A stretch of DNA of 64,000 nt from Octopus sinensis (GCF_006345805.1 NC_043015.1:1-64000), one strand, 5' to 3'. Positions 14,212 through 27,612 are shown, numbered from the stretch's first letter. The notes: generated by a model not told the origin, from the sequence alone. A program made the numbers and translations.

Positions 14212-14390
14212 AGGCGGTGAGCTGGAGGGATCGTTAGCACAAAGGACAAAATGGTCAGCGGCATTTCGTTCGGATTTAGATTCTGATTTCAAATTCCGAC
14301 GAGGTCAGTTTTGATTTTGGTGTCGATGTCATCACCTTACTACCTCCCCCAAACTTCTCCGCTTTGTGCCAAAATGTGAAACGATCGTTA
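14212..14390 (+). mobile_element. Degenerate family A SINE
   Basis: aggcggtgagctggagggatcgttagcac...ttcaaattccgacgaggtc. Confidence 0.75.
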
Positions 14391-14398
14391 TTATTATT

Positions 14399-14702
14399 CA
14401 GTAGTCTTATTTTTATTACGTGCTTTCACAGCACCACCAAGCGCAGCGCTGGGTGACATGGGTATGTGATATGCTTTGTTGCCGCGTTCTTATTTTCACT
14501 GTATTGAAAGTGTTTCACGTAGGAGGGTGGCCGTAATTAGTAGCGCCATGTTCTGTATGTTATATATACTTGTAAGTTTTGGTGTTTTTGTTATGTATTT
14601 ATCTGAATGTTTCTTTATCATACCCAATGCGCCTACTATGATGAGAATTGTTTCTGTTTTTGTAGGCTCCGCATTTGAGTGACCTCTGTTTCTAGATCTT
14701 TT
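14399..14702 (-). mobile_element. 5'-truncated R4/Dong-clade LINE 3' end (younger copy)
   Basis: Minus-strand KDLETEVTQMRSL/KTETILIIVGALGMIKKHSDKYITKTPKLTSIYNIQNMALLITATLLRETLSIQ* (stop at 14496-14498), then 3'UTR; (TAA)n on both sides. Confidence 0.85.
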
Positions 14703-14727
14703 CTTCTTCTTCTTCTTCTTCTTCTTC

Positions 14728-14767
<40 letters not shown>

Positions 14768-14768
14768 T

Positions 14769-14913
14769 AAATGCTTAGCAGTATTTCACTCGTTGCTACA
14801 ACGTGGTCGACATTACATTTCATAGTTACAGGGTCGATAAATTAAATAACAGTGAAACACTGGGGTCGATGTAGTCGACTAGGCACCAACCCCTTGTGAC
14901 TATAGGAGAAAGG
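14769..14913 (+). mobile_element. Partial family A SINE within (TTA)n
   Basis: aaatgcttagcagtatttc...gggtcgataaattaa...cactggggtcgatgtagtcgact...gaaaggatt. Confidence 0.75.
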
Positions 14914-14938
14914 ATTATTATTATTATTATTATTACTC

Positions 14939-14980
<42 letters not shown>

Positions 14981-15041
14981 TATTATTATTATTGTGTTGT
15001 TGTTGTTGTTGTTGTTGTTATTCTTATTATTGTAATTGTTC

Positions 15042-15097
<56 letters not shown>

Positions 15098-15577
15098 GCT
15101 ATTATTATAATTATTGCTATTATTTTCATTGTTTTTATTATTATTATTGTTATTATTATTATTGTTGTTGTCGTTAGTGGGAAAAGTGTTTTTTTTTTCT
15201 TTTATTATTATTTTAGCAGCACTAGTGCAGTCTTGAAGATTCATACCGTGCATTAGTTGTGATTCTACAAGTTTAGGTTTACGTAACACTGATAATTAGC
15301 GTTCATATTATTTCTCTCCTTTAAGCTAATGTGTACACTGTCAGTCAATGTGTATTGATATCGATTCTCAATTTCCGTACTCGAAGATCTATTTCTTAAG
15401 GAAGGGAAAAATTCAAGTATATGTATATTTACAATATATTGACTGTGTGCATGTCAATGACGCAATAAATTTTAATTTCTCTTATATGTAGATATGTGTG
15501 TGTGTGTTTGTGTGTGTGTGCGTGCGTGTGTCTGTATGTAGGTATGTATATGTATATGTAGATATCTCCCATTTTCT

Positions 15578-15628
<51 letters not shown>

Positions 15629-15639
15629 CATATATATAT

Positions 15640-15861
15640 ATGCGTACATATAGATATATATGTGTATATATAAATATATATATAATATATATATGCCTGT
15701 GTGTATGTATATATATATATGTGTGTGTATGTTTCTATATGTATATGTGCGTGAATATATATATATATACATTATATACATTTGTGTATATATACATTAT
15801 ATATATATATAAATGCATATATAAATTATATGTATATATATATACATTATATATATGCATT

Positions 15862-15892
<31 letters not shown>

Positions 15893-16347
15893 AAATACAT
15901 ATATACATAAGTATATATATATATATATATGCATGCATACATATCCATATATGTATGTGCGTGTGCGTGTGTGTGTATGTATGTATGTAGCTTTAAATTT
16001 AGATTTCTGGTCGTGTATTGTACATATTACCCTACCGACTACTAAGTAAGAATCATGTTATCAGTGCTATCATCACCAATCAATTCTTATGCATATTCAA
16101 ACGACCATACATTATATATATTTCATTTACGCGGGAAGCGAAAAGAAAATTATGGGTAAAATATTCTAGGCATGAATTCATCCGGAAAACACAGCTAGAG
16201 ACTTGGTACGGTGATTGATTGAATGCGCACTAGTTTCTACTCAATATATCATACCACTCAATGGAATCACTTAAGCCAGTTCTATATATGTATATATGAT
16301 TATGTATATTATATAATATATATATATATACATTATATATATGCATT

Positions 16348-16378
<31 letters not shown>

Positions 16379-16525
16379 GTGTGTGTATGTTTCTATATGT
16401 ATATGTGCGTGAATATATATATATATATATATGCCTGTGTGTATGTATATATATATATACATATATATACACATATATATACGTACATACATATATATAT
16501 ATACGTACATATAGATATATATGTG

Positions 16526-16556
<31 letters not shown>

Positions 16557-16693
16557 GCCTGTGTGTATGTATATATATATATGTGTGTGTATGTTTCTAT
16601 ATGTATATGTGCGTGAATATATATATATATACATTATATACATTTGTGTATATACACATTTATATATATAAATGCATATATATAAATTATATG

Positions 16694-16742
<49 letters not shown>

Positions 16743-16760
16743 AAATACATATATACATAA

Positions 16761-16841
<81 letters not shown>

Positions 16842-17196
16842 TGTATGTGCGTGTGCGTGTGTGGTGTATGTATGTAGCTTTAAATTTAGATTTCTGGTCG
16901 TGTATTGTACCATATTACCCTACCGACTACTAAGTAAGAATCATGTTATCAGTGCTATCATCACCAATCAATTCTTATGCATATTCAAACGACCATACAT
17001 TATATATATTTCATTTACGCGGGAAGCGAAAAGAAAATTATGGGTAAAATATTCTAGGCATGAATTCATCCGGAAAACACAGCTAGAGACTTGGTACGGT
17101 GATTGATTGAATGCGCACTAGTTTCTACTCAATATATCATACCACTCAATGGAATCACTTAAGCCAGTTCTATATATGTATATATGATAATATATG

Positions 17197-17200
<4 letters not shown>
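15640..17200. repeat. Near-identical tandem duplication, ~888-bp period
   Basis: Unique block 15990-16295 repeated almost base for base at 16877-17188, along with its flanking microsatellite pattern. Confidence 0.9.
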
Positions 17201-17230
<30 letters not shown>

Positions 17231-18149
17231 TATACAAATATATATTATATCTATATGCGTATGCATTACATGTATACATATATATACACATATATATGTA
17301 CATATATATATATATATATTATATATATATATATATATATGCTTACACACATTCATACATATATACATAACCTTAATGATTGCAGATAAAATAGAACAAT
17401 ATTCAAGAAAAAATATAGCTGAAAATAAAACATACATATACATATATATGTATGTATATACATATATATACATATACCTATATATATGTACACATATGTA
17501 TACATGTAAATGCACACGCATATAGATATAAATTATATATACATACAAAGATATGTATATACATGTATATATATACATACATATATATATATATATATAC
17601 ATGCTCACAAATATATCATATATATATATATAGGTATATAGACATACAGAGAAGACAAAGAGTCATACTAATAAAAAATAAGCTATTGCCAGCATTAGGC
17701 ACAGAAATTAAATAAATGTGCCGTGAAGTTGTGTGAGTTGTAAAGTTTAAATCTTGACGTAAAGAACTCATCTATCATAACATTTAAGTAAAACACTACA
17801 CTCTGAAGAAACTAGTTGTAATCTGGAAAGACATGTTGGAACCAGGCGCGGAGACGACTCTTAGATTAGTATGTTATCTTACGGAGCATATGAATTTAGG
17901 TTCGATATAACTGTGTGGAACATTGGGATTTTTTGTTTGTTAACCATAGATTGAGGTTTAGCAAAGCCTTGTCATTGAGTAACAGTTGTATGATTGAAAC
18001 TGCACGTTGCTATTTATGTTTTTCGGGGGATTACAAAAATCGTATCATACTTTTCAATTAAAAAATTCTAACTTTTGAGGGCCTTCAAATTATTGCATTC
18101 TACTACATATTTTGGGGTTAGGTTTTCTGTCTGAAGACAACACTTCTTA

Positions 18150-18750
18150 TTCCGGCTTAATTATTGTTTTAATTGACCAATGCAGCCAACATGACTGTTG
18201 TACAAACGCTGTGATACACTGGTCCATTATATGATGGATTTTCCTTAGTAACGTGTCGTGCGAAGCAATGTCATCTCCAACAGCTCATATCATGATGCAC
18301 AGACAGAATGCATCCTCCTGAAATTTGCATGCACCGAAAGATATATGTTTCAGCTTCTTTCCATAAGTTAGAATATTATAAACAGACACATATGTGTAAA
18401 CGGATTCACATATGGTACATACCAAAAGTAAAAGGGATAATACGTGTGATAGATAGATAGAGAGATAGATCGATAAACAGATAGACAGACAGATACGAAT
18501 GTAGATATAGATACATAGCAAAGTGCCGTCAGGTTCTGACCAACCACGCAGTCCAAGAAATTCTGCTTTTTAATACATCTAGTGTCGCTGGAATGTGTAT
18601 ATAACATCCAAGAACACCATGTGACACGGCTTGAATATTGGCACCTCGATTTTCGGAAGCCATCTTACTACAATGTCTCTGTTTGTTCAACTGAGCGCGA
18701 CGAGTTAGATTTCTGTAAGGAACCTGCGAGTCTTCATGTCGCTTGGTGCC
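18150..18750 (-). mobile_element. Highly degenerate mariner-like transposase remnant
   Basis: Minus-strand SSRVTWCSWMLYTH...KKQNFLDCVVG and KLKHISFGACKFQED...HIMDQCI weakly resemble the mariner TGDESW region and C-terminus; split by (TAGA)n. Confidence 0.35.
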
Positions 18751-18774
18751 GAATCTCAGTTTTAAATATTTTTA

Positions 18775-18777
18775 TTA

Positions 18778-18842
<65 letters not shown>

Positions 18843-18889
18843 TATTAACAACAACAACAACAACAACAATAATAATAATAATAATAATA

Positions 18890-18930
<41 letters not shown>

Positions 18931-18990
18931 TAATAATAATAATAATAATTATAATAATGGTCATGATTATGATGATGATTATTAATAATA
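18775..18990. repeat. (TTA)n abutting (AAC)n(AAT)n, an inverted microsatellite junction
   Basis: Direct reading. Confidence 0.9.
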
Positions 18991-19090
18991 ATAATCAACA
19001 ATATATATGTATATATTATATATACATATATAGGTAGTTTTATATATATTACAGACATACATAAATATTCACACACACACACACACGCAC

Positions 19091-19142
<52 letters not shown>

Positions 19143-19846
19143 ATTATATAGACAGACACACAAGATTGTGCAGAAATCCCTAGACTTTAGCCCTGGCATT
19201 TTCATTCACAGCACATCAACTATGAAGAAGTTTCGAATTTTGACTTTCTCCCACCCTCCCATATAGAAAAGGTCTCCTTTCTTACAGGGGTGGATTTAAA
19301 TTTATGTTTTATGGTACTTAATATACCTGTATTTGTCTATGTCATTCTCTCAGATACTTCTCTTAAAGGCCATTTATATTTGTATATGTGTTTGCGTGTG
19401 CATGCGTGTGAATGTATGTGTGTGTGTGTTAGTGTATGTTTGTGAGTTAGTGTGTGTGTGGGTGTGCGTATCCTCTTCTAGTTTTATCTCTTTATACCTG
19501 TTTTTATGCTTCATGGACAGTATTAACATTTTAATTTTGTTTCCTTCTCTTTTTCTTCTTAATCTTCACGTCCGTTTTCTCCCCCTCTCTCTCTCCTTCT
19601 AATATCCCCACCCTATTTCAAACCCTGCCATCCACTCTAACTTTTCCTCTATATTTAGCTTTATTTCGTTTTTATGACTCTCCTTTCCATGACCTCGTAC
19701 TCCAAATATGAATTTGGAATATGAAGACCAACCCATATCTGCACAAATAACCACACGCCTACGTGAGAGTATGTGTGCGCATGTGTATCAATGTGTGCGT
19801 GTGCACACACATGGATACACATACACACATATCTATCTATCTATCA

Positions 19847-19923
<77 letters not shown>

Positions 19924-20040
19924 ACTATCTATCTATCTATCTATCTATCTATATATCTATCTATCTATCAATTTATTTCTCTATCAATTTAACTATCGAG
20001 CTATCTTGCTATCCATTTATCTATGTATATATGTATGTGT

Positions 20041-20352
20041 GGAGAGGCAATGGCCCAGTGGTTAGGGCAGCGGAATCGCGGTCGGAGGATCGCAATTTCG
20101 ATTCCCAGACCAGGCGTTGTGAGTGTTTATTGAGCAAAAACACCTAAAAATCCACGATTTCTCCGGCAGTGGGTGGTGGCGATCCCTGCTGTACTCTTTC
20201 GCCACAATTTTCTCTCACTCATTCTTCTGTTGGCCTGCTCGCTTAGCCAGCGGGATGGCGTCATTTGAAGGCTAAAACAATGCGAACCGCATTGTGACCA
20301 GCGATGTGTAGCAACATCTGATAGCCTGGTCGATCACGGTGATCACGGTGAT
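20041..20352 (+). mobile_element. Family B1 SINE with T2 tail
   Basis: B1 head caatggcccagtggttagggcagcgg...; tail gcctgctcgcttagccagc...(gatcacggt)2. Confidence 0.85.
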
Positions 20353-20440
20353 ATATGCATGTATCTATCTATCTATCAATCTATCTATCTAACTATTTAT
20401 GTACCTCTCTCTCTCTCTCTCTCTCTGTAATATATATATA

Positions 20441-21293
20441 TATTGAGTAATCCAATAAATAATGCAGGTTTTTATATTTTTAATTTACAAATTTAAGATA
20501 AAGTTCTCTTTTGATCTAAAATATACTCTCCTTTACTTTCTACAATTTTCTTCCATCTATCCGTTGGTGAAGACCTTCTTTGGCCTGAACTGCCGGTGTT
20601 TCTCCTTCTCCTACGCACTGTCTTCGGCGCGTGACATTTTTATAGAGAACCCATCTCTCATCACCTGTCACTGTTCGGGCCAAAAAAGCTTCATTCGTAG
20701 GACGTGAGAACAAAAATGAGCACACATTCAATCTCCGCGCGCGATTTGACTCGAAAAATTTGTGATGAACACATTGACCCAATTTGCCGATTTTTCCGAT
20801 GGCATGCAGGTGTCGAGGAGTGGTTAAATGACCATATCCAAGCTTCTCTGCTAGTTCCTCAACAGTTACGATGGGATTTTCTTCCTGCCGGGTTTGCAGG
20901 ACGTCTTCGTCGAGCTCTACAGATCTTCCAGGACGAGGCTCATCTTCTAGCCTGTAGCTTCCAGTCGGAATTAGTGGAACCACCGTTGACCCTGGCTTAC
21001 ACTTATTGTCCGATCCCCATGTACTGCATTAATATTCCTCGCACTTTACTTTGCGCTATTGCTTTTATTGAACTGATAATGCAAAATATGCCGAATAAGC
21101 TCCTTTGTCACTTCCATTTCAGCTTTGAAAAATAGCTGTTAAAATCGAACTGCACTCTTCAAAAGTTGCACTAAGAATCAGAACAAGGTAAAATTACTAC
21201 CTGCAAGTTGATACAGCTAGTTTATTCTGTCATCTCCGACTTTTAGTTCACGCAATTGAAAAAAAAATGCATTATTTATGAGATGATCCGATA
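20441..21293 (-). mobile_element. Internally deleted mariner transposon (transposase pseudogene)
   Basis: ORF 20540..20983 LEDEPRPGR...GQCVHHKF...TGDERWVLYKN...GLHQ; TIRs tattgagtaatccaataaataatgca and (reverse complement) tatcggatcatctcataaataatgca; TA ends within (TA)n. Confidence 0.9.
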
Positions 21294-21494
21294 TATATAC
21301 ATATATAATGTATGCTTGTATACATGTATAATTTATATGTATGTGTGTAGCCTCACTGCTGTATTCTGGATATCATCAATAACTATGGATTGTTTTAGTC
21401 CTCTCAATCTGCGGCTTTCCATCTTTACGTTTCCATTTAACACTTACTTAGATACGCTGACACACAGACGTTGAGAACAAAACATAAGGAAAGC

Positions 21495-21853
21495 AACAAG
21501 AAAGAAGTGCACTGAAAGAGCGCAAACGTCCACCAAGGCAACATCAACGTCATCTCAAGGGTTAGCCGGAGATGATTTTTAAAATGAGAATATCTGGAAT
21601 AAACTCGACTGCTCTCACAAAGGAGAATACTAAAAAGTTAAGTGAAAAAAAAAACGGAATCATAATCCAATACCCTTGTCCGGATCGGATCGATCCCAAA
21701 ATCTAATCAGTTTGTACCAGACACGAGGTCAAGCATCCCTGAACGTTTCGCCTGAATTCATTCAGCGGTTCTTGAGATCTCTAGTCCACGGACCAAAAAA
21801 CAAACAAACACGACGGAAAACAATACCCCCGCTTCCTCTAAGGCAGAGGTAAT
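21495..21853 (+). mobile_element. Non-autonomous Helentron/HINE-like element
   Basis: 5' gcactgaaagagcgcaaacgtccaccaaggc, internal ccggatc...caaaatctaatcag, (aaac)n, 3' ctctaaggcagaggtaat; sub-terminal inverted-repeat architecture recalled from HINE/DINE-type elements. Confidence 0.55.
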
Positions 21854-21923
21854 GATCCTTTTTACACTTAAGGAATTGAAAATTTGAAAACACTAGTCTA
21901 TATACAGTGATACACATGCGGAT

Positions 21924-22306
21924 GTGGAGGCGCAATGGCCCAATGGTTAGGGCAGCGGACTCGCGTCGTAGGATCGCGGTTTCGATTCCCAGACCGGCGT
22001 TGTGAGTGTTTATTGAGCGAAAACACCTAAAGCCCCACGAGGCTCCGGCAGGGGGTGGTGGATCCTGCTGTACTCTTTCACCACAACTTTCTCTCACTCT
22101 TTCTTCCTGTTTCTGTTGTACCTGTATTTCAAAGGGCCGGCCTTGTCACTCTCTGTTCACGCTGAATATCCTCGAGAACTACGTTAAGGGTACACGTGTC
22201 TGTGGAGTGCTCAGCCACTTACACGTTAATTTCACGAGCAGGCTGTTCCGTTGATCGGATCAACCGGAACCCTCGTCGTCGTAACCGACGGAGTGCTTCC
22301 AAAAAA
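21924..22306 (+). mobile_element. Full-length family B1 SINE (tRNA-Arg-like head, OR-like), T1 tail
   Basis: A-box tggcccaatgg, B-box-like ggtttcgattccc; 12-bp TSD acacatgcggat at 21912-21923 and 22307-22318. Confidence 0.92.
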
Positions 22307-22399
22307 ACACATGCGGATATAATTATTCCTGTATGCAATCAGGCGGTACTGTCATCGGTCACGACGACTTCACTTGCCTCATCAGATTATTGCCCAATG

Positions 22400-22648
22400 A
22401 TTGAAAGGTACTCTTAAACGGGTTGGTTATGCTGCACTGGCATTGGCCACGGTTATGGTCTCACCTGGCTTGCCGGGTCTTCTCAAGCACAGCATATCTG
22501 CAAAGGTCTCGGTTACTTGTCATCGCCTCGCTGAGGCCCAAAACTTGAAGCTCATGCTTCAACACCTCATCCCAGGTCTTCCTGGGTCTACCTCTTCCAC
22601 AGGTTCCCTCTACTGCTAGGGTGTGATCCTTTTTCACACGAGGCATCC
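22400..22648 (-). mobile_element. RTE-clade LINE 3' end fragment
   Basis: ORF 22461..22646 VEGTCGRGRPRKTWDEVLKHEL..LGLSEAMTSNRDL, the typical RTE C-terminal GRPRKTW motif. Confidence 0.85.
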
Positions 22649-22859
22649 TTAGGGCTAGGGCTGCTTTAGCACCTTGTTCCTGTTGTATTAATTTCTGTAT
22701 GGAAGCAATTATCCTTGCATCTTCACATTTATATACTTGCTCGGCATTTTATCATATAATTGATATCCAAAAATCAATGCAAATAAAGAAACCTACCTCC
22801 TCAGATCACCAGGGCATCATGGTTACAGCAACGATTCAACCCCCTAGACATATGCACCG

Positions 22860-22896
22860 CTACATACAAACATGCATATATACATACATACATACA

Positions 22897-22930
<34 letters not shown>

Positions 22931-22976
22931 CTTGCATACATATATATATACATACATACGTACATACATGCATACA

Positions 22977-23010
<34 letters not shown>

Positions 23011-23281
23011 CGTGCATACATACATACATATATACTTGCATACATATATATATACATACATACGTACATACATGCATACATACATATATACATACATGCA
23101 TGCATAGATACATATATACATACATACACACATACATATATACATACATACATTCATACATACATACATATATACATGCATACATGCATACATACATATA
23201 TACATGCATACATGCATACATATATACATACATGCATGCATACATACATACATACATACATGCATGCATACATACATACAA
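22860..23281. repeat. (TACA)n degenerate microsatellite
   Basis: Direct reading. Confidence 0.95.
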
Positions 23282-24819
23282 AACAATGACTAAATACCTA
23301 TCTTGAGAAATTAGGCTTCGAAGACTACAGAATGTAGCCATCAATGAAACTGTAAAAATCTGTAAAACTTTCCAGATGTTTATCATTTCAATATATATGA
23401 ATATGTCTATATATGCACCTTCCATATATATGTCTATATATGCAACTATATGCATGAGAAGACATACATAAAACAAAGCATACAAATATGCACATACACA
23501 TACATACAGATATACATACAAAAAAACTATATAGTTGATGCTGAAATTGCAATGAAGAAGTCTTGGATTTTGGTTAGAAACTGGCTCTTTTTTGACAACT
23601 GATCTTGAAATAAAACTGAATAATGACATACGTACGTACGTACATACACACAAAACAGTTTTCAACAATGTAGATACAATAGCTGTTGTAACGAATTAAA
23701 TTATTTAACAGTTTTATATTCTTTTTTATTAAGCTTAATTAATAAATATTTAACAAATCCAAAATTTAAAATGTAATTAAATCCCTACCTTTGTTTGAAA
23801 TACTTATTCCATATGATATCGAAAGCTTTGAATTCTGGTGTACTAGAGTTATATTCTAGGGATAAATTCTAAATTCTTGAGCTAAATTCGAGAGATAAAT
23901 GCCTCTGCTCATAAAATAACTGAAATGATATTCGAAGCAACGAAGTGCAACACGTTTTCCAATACAGGATTGAATACAATAAAAGGAAAAAAATAAAAGG
24001 AAAAAATAAAAATGTCAGATGAAAAGTCTACCAGAATTTAATTCCAATCTTATAAATTCTGTGTTCAAATTCCGGCAGAAACGAACGTCTTTTTCGTCAT
24101 CTCAGGCTAGTTTTAAAATATGAAATGAAGAGAAAAAATACTCAAAATGAATAGACAGTAATTTGTACAATAAAGACCAATAAGGGTGCATTAAATAACA
24201 TACAATATAAACGTGTAATTTATTGAAATTATCTCAAGAAAGTGTAGTAATATCGATTGGTGGTGATAGTTAGCAAAATCGAAGGTGATACCAGCTCCAA
24301 AAGCGAAGGTGATATAATCGCAAAAATAAAGAATAATCTTAAATTTGACTTGTGTTTTAAGGAAAAGATTGTTTGATATCTGATGAGTAGAAAACAGTTC
24401 TGATCATGTTTCTACCTCAATAGGTGTCTTCAGCATTATCTCTCATTTTCAGAGACACCGTCTATTTACAGGTATTGGTTTGACCTATTGAGTGCTCTGG
24501 CACCAAAATAAGAAGTTATTGTGATATAAATGAATTGCCATATTTTTAATGCTTATAACTAATCCAAGGATATAATAAAAAAGAATTTAAAGTATTCTCA
24601 TTGTCTTATTTTTATTTCAACCATAATCTATTTAACTTCTTTTGTTAATTACATTTTTGCATCTTTATTTACTTTATTATTTTGTACTTTACGTTACTTC
24701 ATATTTGTTTTCTATGGTATGTTATTACATATAAATATTCGACAATATAATAGCGCTACTCCTAAACAATTTCGAAAGGTACCGGTTTCCAAGTAGTCGA
24801 CTTCATTTCTGTCCACGTC

Positions 24820-24924
<105 letters not shown>

Positions 24925-24936
24925 TATATCTGTCCA

Positions 24937-25152
24937 TACTCTTTTATTTGTTTCAGTCAGTTGACTGCGCTCATGCTGGAGCACCGCCTGTAGTTGAGCA
25001 AATCTTCCACGGGACTTATTCTTTAGAAGCATAGTACTTATTCTATCGCATCCTTTTGACGAGCAGCTAAATCGCGGGGGCGTAAACCCACCAGCATCGG
25101 TTGTCAAGCAATGTCGGGGTTCAAACACAGACATACAAACATAATCACACAC

Positions 25153-25185
<33 letters not shown>

Positions 25186-25393
25186 CGAGGGGCTTCTTTC
25201 AGTTTCCGTCTACTAAATCCACTCACAAGGCTTTGCTCGGCCCGAGGCTATAGTAGAAGAGACTTGCCCAAGGTGCCACGCAGCGGGATTTCACACAGAA
25301 CAATGTGGTTGGTAAACAAGCTACTTGCCACACAGCCACTACTGCGCCTGTCTCACAGCTACTGCTGAGCCTGCCACACGGGCACTCATGCGC

Positions 25394-25396
<3 letters not shown>
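24937..25396 (-). mobile_element. Family C SINE with internal microsatellite and triplicated 23-bp head
   Basis: Reverse complement of aggcgcag..gtggctgtgtgg...ccttgggcaagt...gactgaaacaa. Confidence 0.9.
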
Positions 25397-25443
<47 letters not shown>

Positions 25444-25701
25444 TGTGTGTCTGTGTCTATCTGCATGTTCATAGACATATATTTATGTATTTGTGCATAT
25501 ATATATGCATATATATCAAATATATGTGTATGTATAAATGTGTTTATGTATATATAGTTACTCATCGTGATACCTGTTGCATGTGAGTGTTTTTGCATAT
25601 GTATATATATAGGGATCTCTTCATGCATGATACAATCTGAAACAAACAAGAAAAACTTAACTGCAAACTTCAAAAGTATTATGTCGTATATTACAGTTGG
25701 T

Positions 25702-26085
25702 GGAGGCGCAATGGCCCAGTGGTTAGGGCAGCGGATTCGCGGTCATAGGATCGCGGTTTCGATTCCCAGACCGGGCGTTGTGAGTGTTTATTGAGCGAAA
25801 GCACCTAAAGCTCCACGAGGCTCCGGCAGGGGATGGTGGTGATGCCTGCTGTACTCTTTCGCCACAACTTTCTCTCACTCTTACTTCCTGTTTCTGTTGT
25901 ACCTGTATTTCAAAGGGCTGGCCTTGTCACTCTCTGTGTCACGCTGAATATCCCCGAGAACTACGTTAAGGGTACACGTGTCTGTGGTGTGCTCAGCCAC
26001 TTACACGTTAATTTCACGAGCAGGCTGTTCCGTTGATTCGGATCAACCGGAACCCTCGTCGTCGTAACCGACGGAGTGCTTCCCC
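25702..26085 (+). mobile_element. Full-length family B1 SINE, T1 tail
   Basis: 12-bp TSD attacagttggt at 25690-25701 and 26086-26097; close match to the 21924 copy. Confidence 0.92.
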
Positions 26086-26382
26086 ATTACAGTTGGTAGA
26101 TCTAACAAACTTAACACAATTGATGAAAACCATTCGCACCGAAAACAAATATACGATGGCTAATTCCGTCTCACAGGTTTTCGAGATCCTGTTTTTATTC
26201 TCGTTGTTTAGCGACCTAACACTCCCCGAGCTTCAACACTTGGATATTGGTGATCTAACTGTGAACATCACGTCTTTCTTTTTACGTCAGTTATATATAA
26301 AGACTTTGAAGTAATATATTTCAGTGTGTCTGCCTATTTAATTAAACTGATAAAGTAAAGAGTTGACAGATATTTCGCTTAT

Positions 26383-26708
26383 GTGAGGGCGCGTGGCTTA
26401 GTGGTTAGGGCATTCGGCTCATGATCGTAAGGTTGTGAGTTCGATTCCCGGCGACGCGTTGTGTCCTTCAGCAAGACACTTTATTTCACGTTGCTCCAGT
26501 CCACTCAGCTGGCAAAAATGAGTTGTATTTGTATTTCAAAGGGTCAGCCTTGTCACTCTCTGTGTCACGCTGATTATCCCCGAGAACTACGTTAAGGGTA
26601 CACGTGTCTGTGGAATACTCAGCCATTTGCACGTTAATTTCACGAGCAAGCTGTTCCGTTGATCGTTTCAGCTGGGACCCTCGTCGTCGTAACCGGCGGA
26701 GTCTTTAC
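26383..26708 (+). mobile_element. Full-length family B2 SINE (CORE-like body), T1 tail
   Basis: A-box tggcttagtgg, B-box gagttcgattccc, tgtgtccttcagcaagacacttta; TSD tttcgcttat at 26373-26382 and 26709-26718. Confidence 0.92.
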
Positions 26709-26724
26709 TTTCGCTTATATGACT

Positions 26725-27612
26725 GCATAGTAAGAACTTTGCTCCCAGTTTATATAGTTTCGGGTTCAGTTCCAAGGCGTGGCATCTTTTGCATGTGTTT
26801 TCTACTATTGCTCCGAATCGACCAAAGCCTTGTAATGCAATTGGACTTGATACCGAAAATCTTCGAGTATAGTCCGCCCTTGAGTATAATACGCAGGGGA
26901 TTTTTAGGGGGCTGTACCTCTCAAAAACCTAAACCTTGTGTATAAAACGCACTCCTTCTCTAACTTGAGCCAGCAGCACCTAGTCGAACAAACACTTCCG
27001 CGCATGCGTAATACAATAATGGCAATGTTCTCAACTGTTATATGGGAATGTAAATATGTTTACAAATTGTTTTTGATACATGTTATTCTGTGTTCCGTAT
27101 ACTTTTATTTTAATAAATGTTGCTTGCTGCAAGTTATGAATGATTCTTTTATGACTTCATTACTTTCAGGCTTAGCTTAAGGTATTTTCACGCCCGATAT
27201 CACAAAATGCGTCTGAATAAACATTGTCGGACTAAATAGAGACTCGGACATTGCTTAGAAAATATTTTTCATTTTTAACTTCGTATATAGTACGCACGAG
27301 GGATTATGACCTTTAAATTTTGGGAAAAAAATGCGGTTATACTCGAGGATTTACGGTATGTGGAAATTGAGAAGACGCCCGTCGTATATAGATATGTATA
27401 TTTATCTATGCGTATGTGTGTTTATGTTTACGCTTGTCCCGCACGAGAGCTTGACCAGCAGTGTTTGTTTCTTTACGTCGCTATAAACAAACCAGTAAGG
27501 TGAGTAGTAGTCTTTAAAAAAATTATTTGAGAGTTGATTTATCTGGCTAAACCATTCAAAGCGGTGCTACAGTATGCCCACAGTCTAAAAACTGAAAGAA
27601 ATGAAAGATAAA
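26725..27612 (+). mobile_element. Old family C SINE interrupted by a MITE
   Basis: cgggttcagttcc...gaccaaagccttgt before 26851; ggaaattgagaagacgcccgtcg...actgaaagaa after 27358. Confidence 0.75.
26851..27358. mobile_element. Tc2/pogo-like MITE (CCGTA termini, TA TSD), copy 1
   Basis: taccgaaaatcttcgagtata ... tatactcgaggatttacggta; homologous to 58078-58582. Confidence 0.88.

Noticed and set aside
21926-21995. tRNA-like A/B boxes (also at 25702, 26385 and 36206)
   Set aside because: SINE heads with bodies, tails and TSDs; no complete acceptor stem
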